Origin: Escherichia coli
GTDB lineage: Bacteria; Pseudomonadota; Gammaproteobacteria; Enterobacterales; Enterobacteriaceae
Length of the DNA: 64,000 nt
Direction: 5' to 3' (one strand)
Assembly: GCF_009931435.1 (NCBI RefSeq)
Contig: NZ_CP043414.1
The translations under genes and the position numbers were made by a program. This document shows, piece by piece, positions 33,859-43,950 of this stretch (the stretch's first letter is position 1; every line of letters begins with the position of its first letter). The notes beneath the pieces are model-generated. The model was not told the DNA's origin. It saw only the letters and a list, made by a program, of their open reading frames with translations, and ran no database searches.

Positions 33859-34608
33859 TTACAAAATCGTCTCTTCCGTCAAAATCCGCCGCGCGCCTAA
33901 AAAATGATCCTGCCAGAAAGGTTCAGCTAACCGACTTACCCGAATGGTTTCCCCGGTGCGCGGCGACTCGATAAACTGACCGTCTCCCAGATACACGCCC
34001 ATATGGTCGGCAATCTCGCGGCTGTGAATATGGAAAAACAGCAAATCTCCCCGGCGCAGGTCGTTATTTGCCACAATGGTTGCCCGACGGTAGTGATACA
34101 TCTCATTGGCCGTGCGCGGGAGTTTCGCCTCGAGGATCTTGTTGTAGGCATAAAAAACCAACCCGCTACAGTCGAAGCCTTTATCAGGCCGCGTACCTCC
34201 CCAGACGTAAGGCTTACCAAGCTGCTGCTCCAGACGGTGAATCGCTACTTCGGTGATGTTATGCAGATGGTCGCTGCTTAAGAAATGGTTGTTTTCCGCC
34301 AGCGCCTGCCAATGTTTATCGCTCAACTTCAACGGTGCAGGGAACCACTCAGGATGCTGTTTTATCTGCTCCCGGTTGTGCTGGCGCAGCGCCCTTCTGC
34401 TTTGTGCATCGCCTTCCACAATGTAGCTGGCCTGTTTTTTCAGATGCGCGTGGTATCGCTTTAGCAATCGCGTACGGTTTTGCATCCGCTGGCGGGCGGC
34501 GTAGCTGAAAGAGATATGTGATGCGGTGGCGCTGGCAAATGAAGAAAACGGCAAGCAAAGCAACAATAATCCCGACAACACAAAAGAGGGAATCGACGGC
34601 AAAGACAT
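33859..34608 (-). CDS. yafL: YafL, NlpC/P60-family lipoprotein endopeptidase
   Basis: Track ORF 33859-34668; YafL is 249 aa starting MSLPSIPSFVLSGLLLLCLPF, so start at 34608; NlpC/P60 Cys motif (GFDCSGLVFYAY). Confidence 0.85.
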   Translation of the reverse strand: MSLPSIPSFVLSGLLLLCLPFSSFASATASHISFSYAARQRMQNRTRLLKRYHAHLKKQASYIVEGDAQSRRALRQHNREQIKQHPEWFPAPLKLSDKHWQALAENNHFLSSDHLHNITEVAIHRLEQQLGKPYVWGGTRPDKGFDCSGLVFYAYNKILEAKLPRTANEMYHYRRATIVANNDLRRGDLLFFHIHSREIADHMGVYLGDGQFIESPRTGETIRVSRLAEPFWQDHFLGARRILTEETIL

Positions 34609-34817
34609 TCTCAATAATGGCTGGTCATGCATTGATGTTGCAGTGTATCCCGGCCCGTACCTGAACAAACTTAATAAACCATTATTATAAAATTAATAAA
34701 TATATTTCAGTTAATTATGTAAAAACATCCGTTTATTAAATTACTCATGGATTGTCGTTGTTGCTCATTTGAGCTACAATTCAAGCTGAATAAATATACA
34801 GCACAGGAGATACCCCA

Positions 34818-35078
34818 ATGGCTGCTAACGCGTTTGTTCGCGCCCGAATCGATGAAGATCTGAAGAATCAGGCGGCGGACGTACTGGCCGGGATGGGGCT
34901 GACCATCTCTGACCTGGTTCGCATAACCCTCACAAAAGTCGCGCGTGAAAAGGCATTGCCGTTTGATTTACGCGAGCCTAATCAATTAACCATTCAATCA
35001 ATTAAAAACAGCGAAGCTGGCGTTGATGTTCATAAGGCCAAAGACGCCGATGATTTATTTGATCAATTAGGAATTTAA
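34818..35078 (+). CDS. dinJ: DinJ antitoxin
   Basis: 86 aa recognised as DinJ (MAANAFVRARIDEDLKNQAADVLAGMGLTISDLVRI...). Confidence 0.9.
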   Translation: MAANAFVRARIDEDLKNQAADVLAGMGLTISDLVRITLTKVAREKALPFDLREPNQLTIQSIKNSEAGVDVHKAKDADDLFDQLGI

Positions 35079-35080
35079 AT

Positions 35081-35359
35081 ATGATTCAAAGGGATATTGA
35101 ATACTCGGGACAATTTTCAAAGGATGTAAAACTTGCACAAAAGCGTCATAATGATATGAATAAATTGAAATATCTTATGACGCTTCTTATCAATAATACT
35201 TTACCACTTCCAGCTGTTTATAAAGACCACCCGCTGCAAGGTTCATGGAAAGGTTATCGCGATGCTCATGTTGAACCGGACTGGATCCTGATTTACAAAC
35301 TTACCGATAAACTTTTACGATTTGAGAGAACTGGAACTCACGCGGCGCTATTTGGGTAA
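35081..35359 (+). CDS. yafQ: YafQ toxin (RelE-family mRNA interferase)
   Basis: 92 aa recognised as YafQ; 2 nt after the dinJ stop. Confidence 0.9.
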   Translation: MIQRDIEYSGQFSKDVKLAQKRHNDMNKLKYLMTLLINNTLPLPAVYKDHPLQGSWKGYRDAHVEPDWILIYKLTDKLLRFERTGTHAALFG

Positions 35360-35514
35360 AGCCCGCTTCCGATGAAATTTGTAAACCCTGCGCCGACAGG
35401 CTTGCGTAAAACTCTTTTGGTGATAATGTGAGCCTTCCAAATCCAGACTATTCCGATTTGGGATCCATTTTGCCGTCCTGGCGTGTGTAACCGTTTTATC
35501 AAGGAATAAGCAGT

Positions 35515-36255
35515 ATGCGTAAAATCGCATTAATTCTTGCGATGTTGTTGATCCCGTGCGTTTCGTTTGCCGGTTTGCTGGGCAGCAGTAGCTCGACCAC
35601 GCCAGTGAGCAAAGAGTATAAGCAGCAGTTGATGGGCTCCCCTGTCTACATCCAGATCTTCAAGGAAGAGCGCACTCTCGATCTCTACGTCAAAATGGGT
35701 GAGCAATATCAGCTGCTCGACAGTTATAAAATCTGTAAATATTCCGGCGGATTAGGGCCTAAACAGCGTCAGGGCGATTTCAAAAGCCCGGAAGGGTTTT
35801 ATAGCGTCCAGCGTAATCAGTTAAAACCAGACAGCCGTTACTACAAAGCGATTAATATTGGATTCCCCAATGCTTATGACCGTGCGCATGGTTATGAAGG
35901 GAAATACCTGATGATTCACGGCGATTGTGTTTCCATCGGCTGCTACGCGATGACCAATCAAGGTATTGATGAGATCTTCCAGTTCGTTACTGGCGCGCTG
36001 GTGTTTGGTCAGCCAAGCGTGCAAGTGAGTATTTACCCGTTCCGCATGACCGACGCCAACATGCAGCGCCATAAATATTCCAACTTTAAGGACTTCTGGG
36101 AGCAACTGAAGCCGGGCTACGACTACTTTGAACAAACCCGTAAGCCACCGACCGTTTCTGTGGTCAATGGTCGTTACGTGGTCAGCAAGCCGTTAAGCCA
36201 CGAAGTGGTGCAGCCACAGCTGGCATCAAACTACACGCTCCCCGAGGCAAAATAA
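35515..36255 (+). CDS. yafK: YafK/DpaA, L,D-transpeptidase-fold periplasmic protein
   Basis: 246 aa, signal peptide [19 protein letters not shown], YkuD-type domain; recognised as YafK. Confidence 0.9.
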   Translation: MRKIALILAMLLIPCVSFAGLLGSSSSTTPVSKEYKQQLMGSPVYIQIFKEERTLDLYVKMGEQYQLLDSYKICKYSGGLGPKQRQGDFKSPEGFYSVQRNQLKPDSRYYKAINIGFPNAYDRAHGYEGKYLMIHGDCVSIGCYAMTNQGIDEIFQFVTGALVFGQPSVQVSIYPFRMTDANMQRHKYSNFKDFWEQLKPGYDYFEQTRKPPTVSVVNGRYVVSKPLSHEVVQPQLASNYTLPEAK

Positions 36256-36993
36256 GCGCCATTCGCCTGGCATAATCTTTTGCCAGGTTTCATTGCCCGT
36301 CAGCGGCTGTGTCGCAATCACCGTGACCACATCATTCGGTGTGGTCTGCGAGCTGAAGTCGATTTCCACATCCTGATCCAGCAACGTTGCCACGCCAAAC
36401 GGCGCGCGGCGGGTGATCCAGTGCAGATTGGTCGAGCAATACGCCATTACATAGCGTCCGTCCGAAAGTAGCATGTTGAAAACGCCCTTCTGCCGCAGTT
36501 CATCCGCCAGTGAGGCGATATATTTAAACACTGCCGCCATGTTGCCTGGTGTGCGCGGGTAACGCTGTGTTAATTTATGCAGCAGCCAGCAAAAGGCTTT
36601 TTCGCTGTCGGTTTCACCTACCGGACGGAAGTTGCCGGTTTCCAGTGACTTGTACCCCGTCAGTTGCCCGTTATGGGCATAAGTCCAGTTGCGTCCCCAT
36701 AACTCGCGGGTAAACGGGTGAGTATTTTCCAGCGCCACCTCGCCCCGATTGGCCTGGCGAATATGAGCCACCACCGAACAGGATTTTATCGGGTAGTCCT
36801 GGACAAGTTTGGCGATGGGGGAATTAAAGCTGGGTTGTGGATCTTTAAATGTGCGACAGCCTTTACCTTCGTAAAAGGTAATGCCCCAGCCATCTTTATG
36901 TGGCCCGGTTCCACCACCACGCTGCACCAGACCGGTGAAACTAAAGCAGATATCGGTAGGGACGTTAGCGCTCATCCCGAGCAATTCGCACAT
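36226..36993 (-). CDS. yafJ: YafJ, class II glutamine amidotransferase-like protein
   Basis: Track ORF 36226-37008; YafJ is 255 aa starting [11 protein letters not shown], so start 36993 (GGAGG SD); 3' end overlaps yafK by 30 nt (convergent). Confidence 0.9.
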   Translation of the reverse strand: MCELLGMSANVPTDICFSFTGLVQRGGGTGPHKDGWGITFYEGKGCRTFKDPQPSFNSPIAKLVQDYPIKSCSVVAHIRQANRGEVALENTHPFTRELWGRNWTYAHNGQLTGYKSLETGNFRPVGETDSEKAFCWLLHKLTQRYPRTPGNMAAVFKYIASLADELRQKGVFNMLLSDGRYVMAYCSTNLHWITRRAPFGVATLLDQDVEIDFSSQTTPNDVVTVIATQPLTGNETWQKIMPGEWRLFCLGERVV

Positions 36994-37049
36994 GGGTAAC
37001 CTCCACAACAGCGGGAGCGCATGGCCCCCGGCGAAGATTGATTTAAGAA

Positions 37050-37195
37050 TTTTCAGGTCGGATGCGGCGTGAATGCATTATTCGGCCTACGGTTCGGGTA
37101 CAGATTTGTAGGCATGATAAGACGCGTCAGCGTCGCATCAGGCATCAGCGCACAAGTGCCGGATGCGGCGTAAACGCCTTATCCAGCCTACGCCA
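37050..37195. repeat. REP/BIME cluster (three REP palindromes)
   Basis: Three copies of the REP motif (GTCGGATGCGGCGTGAATGCATTATTCGGCCTAC; GTAGGCATGATAAGACGCGTCAGCGTCGCATCAGGC; GCCGGATGCGGCGTAAACGCCTTATCCAGCCTAC) in alternating orientation between yafJ and gmhA. Confidence 0.65.
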
Positions 37196-37198
37196 GAC

Positions 37199-37777
37199 TT
37201 ACTTAACCATCTCTTTTTCAATTAACTGGATCAGGATATGGATCACTTTAATGTGGATCTCCTGAATGCGGTCGGCATAACCAAAGTGCGGAACGCGAAT
37301 TTCAATATCCGCCGTGCCAGCCATTTTGCCGCCATCTTTACCGGTCAGGGTGATCACTTTCATCCCCTTCTCACGCGCCGCTGCGATCGCTTTGATCACG
37401 TTTGCAGAGTTACCGGAGGTAGAGATCCCCAGCAATACATCGCCTTCGCGACCTACCGCTTCAACGTAGCGGGAGAAAATATCATTGAAACCGAAATCAT
37501 TACCGACGCAGGAAATATGACTAACGTCAGAAATGGCAATCGCCGGATAGCCCGGACGGTTTTCACGGTAGCGCCCCGTCAACTCTTCGGCAAAGTGCAT
37601 GGCGTCGCAATGGGAACCGCCATTACCGCAGGAAAGCACCTTACCACCGGCTTTAAAGCTATCTGCTAACAGGACCGCCGCGCGCTGAATGGCGTGAATA
37701 TTGGCGTCATCTTTTAAAAAGTTAGCCAGCGTTTCCGCCGCTTCGTTCAGTTCGTTACGAATAAGATCCTGGTACAT
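37199..37777 (-). CDS. gmhA: GmhA, phosphoheptose isomerase
   Basis: Track ORF 37199-37939; GmhA is 192 aa starting [20 protein letters not shown], start at 37777 with AAGGA SD. Confidence 0.95.
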
Positions 37778-37978
37778 GAGGATATCCTTCAGCATAAATG
37801 TAATAGACAAAATGCAGTGTACCGGATACCGCCAAAAGCGAGAAGTACGGGCAGGTGCGATGACCAGGACTTTTTGACCTGAAGTGCGGATAAAAACAGC
37901 AACAATGTGAGCTTTGTTGTAATTATATTGTAAACACATTGCTAAATGTTTTTACATCCACTACAACCATATCATCAC

Positions 37979-37995
37979 AAGTGGTCAGACCTCCT
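37979..37995 (+). promoter_or_regulatory. Candidate FadR operator upstream of fadE
   Basis: AAGTGGTCAGACCTCCT resembles the FadR consensus AACTGGTCNGACCTGTT; about 20 nt upstream of the fadE start. Confidence 0.45.
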
Positions 37996-38016
37996 ACAAG
38001 TAAGGGGCTTTTCGTT

Positions 38017-40461
38017 ATGATGATTTTGAGTATTCTCGCTACGGTTGTCCTGCTCGGCGCGTTGTTCTATCACCGCGTGAGCTTATTTATCAGCAGTCTG
38101 ATTTTGCTCGCCTGGACAGCCGCCCTCGGCGTCGCTGGTCTGTGGTCGGCGTGGGTACTGGTGCCTCTGGCCATTATCCTCGTACCGTTTAACTTTGCGC
38201 CTATGCGTAAGTCGATGATTTCCGCACCGGTATTTCGCGGTTTCCGTAAGGTGATGCCGCCAATGTCGCGCACTGAAAAAGAAGCGATTGATGCAGGCAC
38301 TACCTGGTGGGAAGGCGACTTGTTCCAGGGTAAGCCGGACTGGAAAAAGCTGCATAACTATCCGCAGCCGCGCCTGACCGCTGAAGAGCAAGCGTTTCTC
38401 GACGGCCCGGTAGAAGAAGCCTGCCGGATGGCGAATGATTTCCAGATTACTCATGAGCTGGCGGATCTGCCGCCGGAGTTGTGGGCGTACCTTAAAGAGC
38501 ATCGCTTCTTCGCGATGATCATCAAAAAAGAGTACGGCGGGCTGGAGTTCTCGGCTTATGCCCAATCTCGTGTGCTGCAAAAACTCTCCGGCGTGAGCGG
38601 GATCCTGGCGATTACCGTCGGCGTGCCGAACTCATTAGGCCCGGGCGAGCTGCTGCAACATTACGGCACTGACGAGCAGAAAAATCACTATCTGCCGCGT
38701 CTGGCGCGTGGTCAGGAGATCCCTTGCTTTGCACTGACCAGCCCGGAAGCGGGTTCCGATGCGGGCGCGATTCCGGATACCGGGATTGTCTGCATGGGCG
38801 AGTGGCAGGGCCAGCAGGTGCTGGGGATGCGACTGACCTGGAACAAACGCTACATTACGCTCGCGCCAATTGCGACCGTGCTTGGGCTGGCGTTTAAACT
38901 TTCCGACCCGGAAAAACTGCTGGGTGGCGCAGAAGATTTAGGCATTACCTGTGCACTTATCCCGACCACCACGCCAGGCGTGGAAATTGGTCGTCGCCAC
39001 TTCCCGCTGAACGTACCGTTCCAGAACGGACCGACGCGAGGTAAAGATGTCTTCGTACCGATCGACTACATTATCGGCGGACCAAAAATGGCCGGGCAAG
39101 GCTGGCGGATGCTGGTGGAGTGTCTCTCCGTGGGGCGCGGCATCACCCTACCTTCCAACTCAACCGGCGGCGTGAAGTCGGTGGCGCTGGCAACGGGCGC
39201 GTATGCGCACATTCGCCGTCAGTTCAAAATCTCTATCGGTAAGATGGAAGGGATTGAAGAGCCGCTGGCGCGTATTGCCGGTAATGCCTACGTGATGGAT
39301 GCTGCGGCATCGCTGATTACCTACGGCATTATGCTCGGTGAAAAACCTGCCGTGCTGTCGGCTATCGTTAAGTATCACTGTACCCACCGTGGGCAGCAGT
39401 CGATTATTGATGCGATGGATATCACCGGGGGTAAAGGCATTATGCTCGGTCAGAGCAACTTCCTGGCACGAGCTTACCAGGGCGCACCGATTGCCATCAC
39501 CGTTGAAGGGGCCAACATTCTGACCCGCAGCATGATGATCTTCGGTCAGGGAGCGATTCGTTGCCATCCGTACGTGCTGGAAGAGATGGAAGCGGCGAAG
39601 AACAATGACGTAAACGCGTTCGATAAACTGCTGTTCAAACATATCGGTCACGTCGGTAGCAACAAAGTTCGCAGCTTCTGGCTGGGCCTGACGCGCGGTT
39701 TAACCAGCAGCACGCCAACCGGCGATGCCACTAAACGCTACTATCAGCACCTGAACCGCCTGAGCGCCAACCTCGCCCTGCTTTCTGATGTCTCGATGGC
39801 TGTGCTGGGCGGCAGCCTGAAACGTCGCGAGCGTATCTCGGCACGTCTGGGGGATATTTTAAGCCAGCTTTACCTCGCCTCTGCCGTTCTGAAGCGTTAT
39901 GACGACGAAGGCCGTAATGAAGCCGACCTGCCGCTGGTGCACTGGGGCGTACAGGATGCGCTGTATCAGGCAGAGCAGGCGATGGACGATTTACTGCAAA
40001 ACTTCCCGAACCGCGTGGTTGCCGGGCTTCTGAATGTGGTGATCTTCCCGACCGGACGTCATTATCTGGCACCGTCTGACAAGCTGGATCATAAGGTGGC
40101 GAAGATTTTACAAGTGCCGAACGCCACCCGTTCACGTATTGGTCGCGGTCAGTACCTGACCCCGAGCGAGCATAACCCGGTTGGTTTACTGGAAGAGGCG
40201 CTGGTGGATGTGATTGCCGCCGACCCAATTCATCAGCGGATCTGTAAAGAGCTGGGTAAAAACCTGCCGTTTACCCGTCTGGATGAACTGGCGCATAACG
40301 CGCTGGCGAAGGGGCTGATTGATAAAGATGAAGCCGCTATTCTTGTGAAAGCTGAAGAAAGCCGTCTGCGCAGTATTAATGTTGATGACTTTGATCCGGA
40401 AGAGCTGGCGACGAAGCCGGTAAAGTTGCCGGAGAAAGTGCGGAAAGTTGAAGCCGCATAA
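38017..40461 (+). CDS. fadE: FadE, acyl-CoA dehydrogenase
   Basis: Track ORF 37939-40461; FadE is 814 aa starting [21 protein letters not shown], start at 38017 with AAGGGG SD. Confidence 0.95.
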   Translation: MMILSILATVVLLGALFYHRVSLFISSLILLAWTAALGVAGLWSAWVLVPLAIILVPFNFAPMRKSMISAPVFRGFRKVMPPMSRTEKEAIDAGTTWWEGDLFQGKPDWKKLHNYPQPRLTAEEQAFLDGPVEEACRMANDFQITHELADLPPELWAYLKEHRFFAMIIKKEYGGLEFSAYAQSRVLQKLSGVSGILAITVGVPNSLGPGELLQHYGTDEQKNHYLPRLARGQEIPCFALTSPEAGSDAGAIPDTGIVCMGEWQGQQVLGMRLTWNKRYITLAPIATVLGLAFKLSDPEKLLGGAEDLGITCALIPTTTPGVEIGRRHFPLNVPFQNGPTRGKDVFVPIDYIIGGPKMAGQGWRMLVECLSVGRGITLPSNSTGGVKSVALATGAYAHIRRQFKISIGKMEGIEEPLARIAGNAYVMDAAASLITYGIMLGEKPAVLSAIVKYHCTHRGQQSIIDAMDITGGKGIMLGQSNFLARAYQGAPIAITVEGANILTRSMMIFGQGAIRCHPYVLEEMEAAKNNDVNAFDKLLFKHIGHVGSNKVRSFWLGLTRGLTSSTPTGDATKRYYQHLNRLSANLALLSDVSMAVLGGSLKRRERISARLGDILSQLYLASAVLKRYDDEGRNEADLPLVHWGVQDALYQAEQAMDDLLQNFPNRVVAGLLNVVIFPTGRHYLAPSDKLDHKVAKILQVPNATRSRIGRGQYLTPSEHNPVGLLEEALVDVIAADPIHQRICKELGKNLPFTRLDELAHNALAKGLIDKDEAAILVKAEESRLRSINVDDFDPEELATKPVKLPEKVRKVEAA

Positions 40462-40467
40462 TTGAAT

Positions 40468-40496
40468 AACGGAGCCGAAAGGCTCCGTTTCTTTAT
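40468..40496. terminator. Bidirectional rho-independent terminator between fadE and ivy
   Basis: AACGGAGCC-GAAA-GGCTCCGTT hairpin followed by TCTTTAT. Confidence 0.6.
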
Positions 40497-40503
40497 CCGC
40501 TAA

Positions 40504-40977
40504 TTATTTAAAATTAAAGCCATCCGGATGGTTTTCCAGGCTGCCGGTCAACGCCGCGAACAGCACCGTTTTACCATCAATAGAAAGCGCATCGTTCACA
40601 TTCAACCAGGTGAGTTTCTCTTGCGACGTTTTCTCATCAATGGTCGAGAACAGCCCCGTCATCTGATTAGATTTCTCGGACCACATCACAGCGATACGTT
40701 GCGAGCCACAGTCATGCGGTTTGCACGCGCTCATCACCTGATACGTCTCATCTCCCAACGTTACGGTTTGTGCAGGGGTATAAGTCCCGCCTTTCATCAC
40801 CCAGGCAGGCAGCTTATGCCCTTGTACCATCTGATTAAATGCAGCTTTGGTGGTTTCGCCCTTTGCAAGGCTGCTAATGGTTAAATCATCCTGCGCCATT
40901 GCACTGGTGGCGATGACCAGAGCGGCGACTGTCGTTATTGCCTTAAACATCATTCCTCCCGAGCTTATCCTGCCCAT
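40504..40977 (-). CDS. ivy: Ivy, inhibitor of vertebrate lysozyme
   Basis: 157 aa with signal peptide, recognised as Ivy (…DDLTISSLAKGETTKAAFNQMVQGHKLPAWV…CKPHDCGSQ…). Confidence 0.9.
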   Translation of the reverse strand: MGRISSGGMMFKAITTVAALVIATSAMAQDDLTISSLAKGETTKAAFNQMVQGHKLPAWVMKGGTYTPAQTVTLGDETYQVMSACKPHDCGSQRIAVMWSEKSNQMTGLFSTIDEKTSQEKLTWLNVNDALSIDGKTVLFAALTGSLENHPDGFNFK

Positions 40978-41130
40978 GTTATTAACCTCCTAAAGCCTGG
41001 CGATAACACGATAATTTGCAAATCAGATATTTCCAATATCAGCATTTGTTATCAATTTATTCTGCGCTAAGGCAACTGCCTGATAAGGTGTTAGAGTTAT
41101 AAAACCCTTCACATAAAGGAGTTGTACACC

Positions 41131-41901
41131 GTGCCTGGTTTGAAGATTACGCTTTTGCAGCAACCACTGGTGTGGATGGATGGTCCTGCCAACCTGCGCC
41201 ATTTTGATCGTCAACTAGAAGGTATTACCGGGCGCGATGTGATCGTTCTACCGGAGATGTTTACCAGCGGCTTTGCCATGGAAGCGGCCGCTTCGTCGCT
41301 AGCACAAGATGACGTAGTGAACTGGATGACAGCCAAAGCGCAGCAGTGCAATGCGTTGATTGCAGGCAGTGTTGCATTACAAACGGAGTCTGGTACGGTT
41401 AACCGCTTTTTGCTGGTTGAACCGGGCGGCACGGTACATTTTTATGATAAGCGTCATCTGTTCCGAATGGCAGATGAGCATCTGCATTATAAAGCGGGCA
41501 ATGCGCGAGTGATTGTGGAATGGCGCGGCTGGCGTATTTTGCCGCTGGTGTGCTACGACTTACGTTTTCCAGTGTGGTCGCGCAATCTCAACAATTATGA
41601 CCTCGCCATCTACGTCGCCAACTGGCCTGCACCGCGCTCTCTGCACTGGCAGGCATTGCTGACAGCCCGCGCGATTGAGAATCAGGCGTATGTGGCGGGA
41701 TGCAATCGCGTCGGCAGCGATGGCAACGGCTGCCATTATCGCGGTGACAGCCGGGTGATTAATCCACAGGGCGAGATTATCGCTACTGCCGACGCGCATC
41801 AGGCAACGCGCATTGATGCGGAGCTGTCGATGGCGGTGTTAAGGGAATATAGAGAAAAGTTTCCGGCATGGCGGGATGCGGATGAGTTTAGGTTGTGGTG
41901 A
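41131..41901 (+). CDS. yafV: YafV, omega-amidase (nitrilase superfamily)
   Basis: Track ORF starts at TTG 41122; YafV begins (V/M)PGLKITLLQQPLVWMDG, so GTG at 41131 with AAGGAG SD 9 nt upstream; nitrilase-family Cys (ILPLVCYDLRFP). Confidence 0.85.
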   Translation: MPGLKITLLQQPLVWMDGPANLRHFDRQLEGITGRDVIVLPEMFTSGFAMEAAASSLAQDDVVNWMTAKAQQCNALIAGSVALQTESGTVNRFLLVEPGGTVHFYDKRHLFRMADEHLHYKAGNARVIVEWRGWRILPLVCYDLRFPVWSRNLNNYDLAIYVANWPAPRSLHWQALLTARAIENQAYVAGCNRVGSDGNGCHYRGDSRVINPQGEIIATADAHQATRIDAELSMAVLREYREKFPAWRDADEFRLW

Positions 41902-42029
41902 GTGGGGGTTGTGTTTAGGGCCGGGGAGAGTTGGGGTATGACTACGAAAGCCCGCTCTCCTGCGACCACTTTTATCATAGGAGTGTGGAAGTGCTTTTCC
42001 ATCAATCGCGATGACGTCTCAGGGAAAGA

Positions 42030-43103
42030 TTACGAAAGCCCGCTCCCCGCAAGGACTGACGCCAGATACTTTCTGTCCATGGCTGCTTTTCGCATCTTAC
42101 GTCTTAACCCTGCCTTGAATACCTTATCATTCGTCAAAATATTAATTGCGATGTGCCGTATCCCTGAAAATAATTCTGCTGCATTTCCTCTTCTTATTTT
42201 GCAGTCGTCTTCATTCATTACCACGTCCAGACGCCAGTGCAGCTTATTCTCCACGTGCCAGTGGTTTCGGATTGCTGTGGCGAACTTCTCTGCGGTTAAA
42301 TCAGCAGAACTGATATAATATCTGACCGTCATTTCTGGCTCTTTCTTTTGTTCTGCTATTATTGACCGAAAGGAGACTGCCACGCATAATTTCTTCAGAC
42401 CTTTCCATTCAAACGTGAAATCAATAAGTTCATCAGGGACATCGCAAACAATGTGAAGACGGATTTCTTCTCTGCCGTGACTCTTTTCACTAATTGCGTA
42501 ACTGTCATGCTCTGGATTATTTAATTCTTTCAGCGGAAATTTTTCCTCGAAGCCTTTATTTAGCCGCCCCTGGTTTCCTTTTACAGCGAATAAATAATCA
42601 CCTCCCTGTTTTTGTATCTTCTCTGCAATATCTTTCTGGCAACCCATCGCATCAGTTGTGATGATTTTTCCTTTAATATCCAGCATGTTAAGAAGTTCTG
42701 GGATAGCTGTAATCTCATTGGATTTCTCATCCGTCTTGATCTGTCCGATGACCAGACTGTGCATTGTTGAGAACGCACTAATGACATGAATCGCTCCCCT
42801 GCGGCGACTCTTGTCATAAGAGTGCCGGAGCGTTTTTCCATCAATTGCAATGACGCCTTTATCATCTGAAGAATGGCAGTCACGCATCCAGTTAATAAAG
42901 CACTCGTGAAATTTTGCAGGACTGATACAGGATACAACTCTGGCAATGGTATCGTGAACAGGAATACCATTTTCAAAATCACCATATTGCTTCAAAAAAT
43001 CGAGATGTGTTTCCCCAAAATCCTCTATATCTTCCCAACCTTCTGCACCCGAAATAACGGCGCAAATAGTCAACAGTAGAATATCCGATAATTTATGTTC
43101 CAC
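42030..43103 (-). mobile_element. ISAs1-family (H-repeat-associated) transposase, intact ORF
   Basis: 357-aa ORF recognised as H-repeat/ISAs1 transposase ([39 protein letters not shown]...); lies next to the Rhs genes. Element ends (inverted repeats) not determined. Confidence 0.8.
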
Positions 43104-43310
43104 TTTCTAGGCTTGTCTGTAATCGGGGATAATAGAAATATGTTCCATCAATTTTTTAAGTTCCATTTTGTTCTCCTTAATTATGTAAGGAGTATTTGAT
43201 CATGTATAAGCAATAAAAAACAGCTTCAGGTAATGAGGAATATCTCAATTTTTAAACATAAAATGCGAATTGTTTAGTACAAAAAAGCAGCGTTACGTGA
43301 TCTTTCCCTG

Positions 43311-43414
43311 CCAGCCCCTCCGGGTTGACCTGCTCCGTCACCCGCAGAACCCTGCACAATATCCAGTCCCTTGCAGGTCATGTCACCCTGCCGCGCCGCC
43401 GGTTTTCCGCTCAT
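43311..43414 (-). pseudogene. Orphan Rhs 5' fragment (Rhs upstream region + first 22 codons fused to a short internal Rhs piece)
   Basis: Minus strand 43414 down to 43345 near-identical to the Rhs2 start ([13 protein letters not shown][C][11 protein letters not shown]) and preceded by the same upstream sequence (CATGGTTTATTCCT); 43344-43311 matches an internal Rhs segment (…[11 protein letters not shown]…) read out of frame; stop soon after. Confidence 0.55.
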
Positions 43415-43546
43415 GGTTTATTCCTTTTCTTTTACCTTACATGGCCATACAAATAGTTACCTATACTGTCTTTGAATATTGCCCTATCATTTAAAGCCCA
43501 CCTAATTTTTGCGACAGCAAAGGGATTTCTTTTTTAATCCAATCTA

Positions 43547-43939
43547 TCATTTCATTTTTTTAAAACATACGTTAATGCCATTCACACTTCCACATTCACC
43601 AAAAGCATCAAAATAAATTTCACATTTATTGTTGCCTTTCGAAATGATGCTAACCCCCCATCTTATATTGTTATATTTTTCTTTTCTGAAATACTTCATT
43701 TGCAATAAATCAATTATCTTACCCGCATAGAGATCGCTAAGTTCATTCACCACCACTTTATATCTGTATATTTCATTAAGACCTTCCTTGCTAAGCGGAA
43801 CTAACGTGGTAACATACGATGGAAGATTAACTACCTCTATCGTTTTCACGCTATCTATTCCACACAATTCATTCACTCGCCCCATCCCCAATACCGAACC
43901 AGAAAATAGAGACAATAAAACCATCAAATATTTCATCAT
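43547..43939 (-). CDS. Putative secreted immunity protein for the Rhs2 C-terminal toxin
   Basis: Track ORF starts at GTG 43951, overlapping the Rhs2 stop; ATG at 43939 has a GAGG SD. Sec signal peptide (MMKYLMVLLSLFSGSVLG), about 130 aa, AT-rich, immediately 3' of the Rhs2 toxin domain. No recognised family. Confidence 0.55.
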   Translation of the reverse strand: MMKYLMVLLSLFSGSVLGMGRVNELCGIDSVKTIEVVNLPSYVTTLVPLSKEGLNEIYRYKVVVNELSDLYAGKIIDLLQMKYFRKEKYNNIRWGVSIISKGNNKCEIYFDAFGECGSVNGINVCFKKMK

Positions 43940-43950
43940 AAAAAACCTCA

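Noticed and set aside
36226-36255. 30-nt convergent 3' overlap of yafK and yafJ
   Set aside because: Consistent with the conserved arrangement of these housekeeping genes; not evidence of anything unusual.
43270-43494. 74-aa plus-strand ORF
   Set aside because: It is the reverse strand of the orphan Rhs 5' fragment and upstream region.
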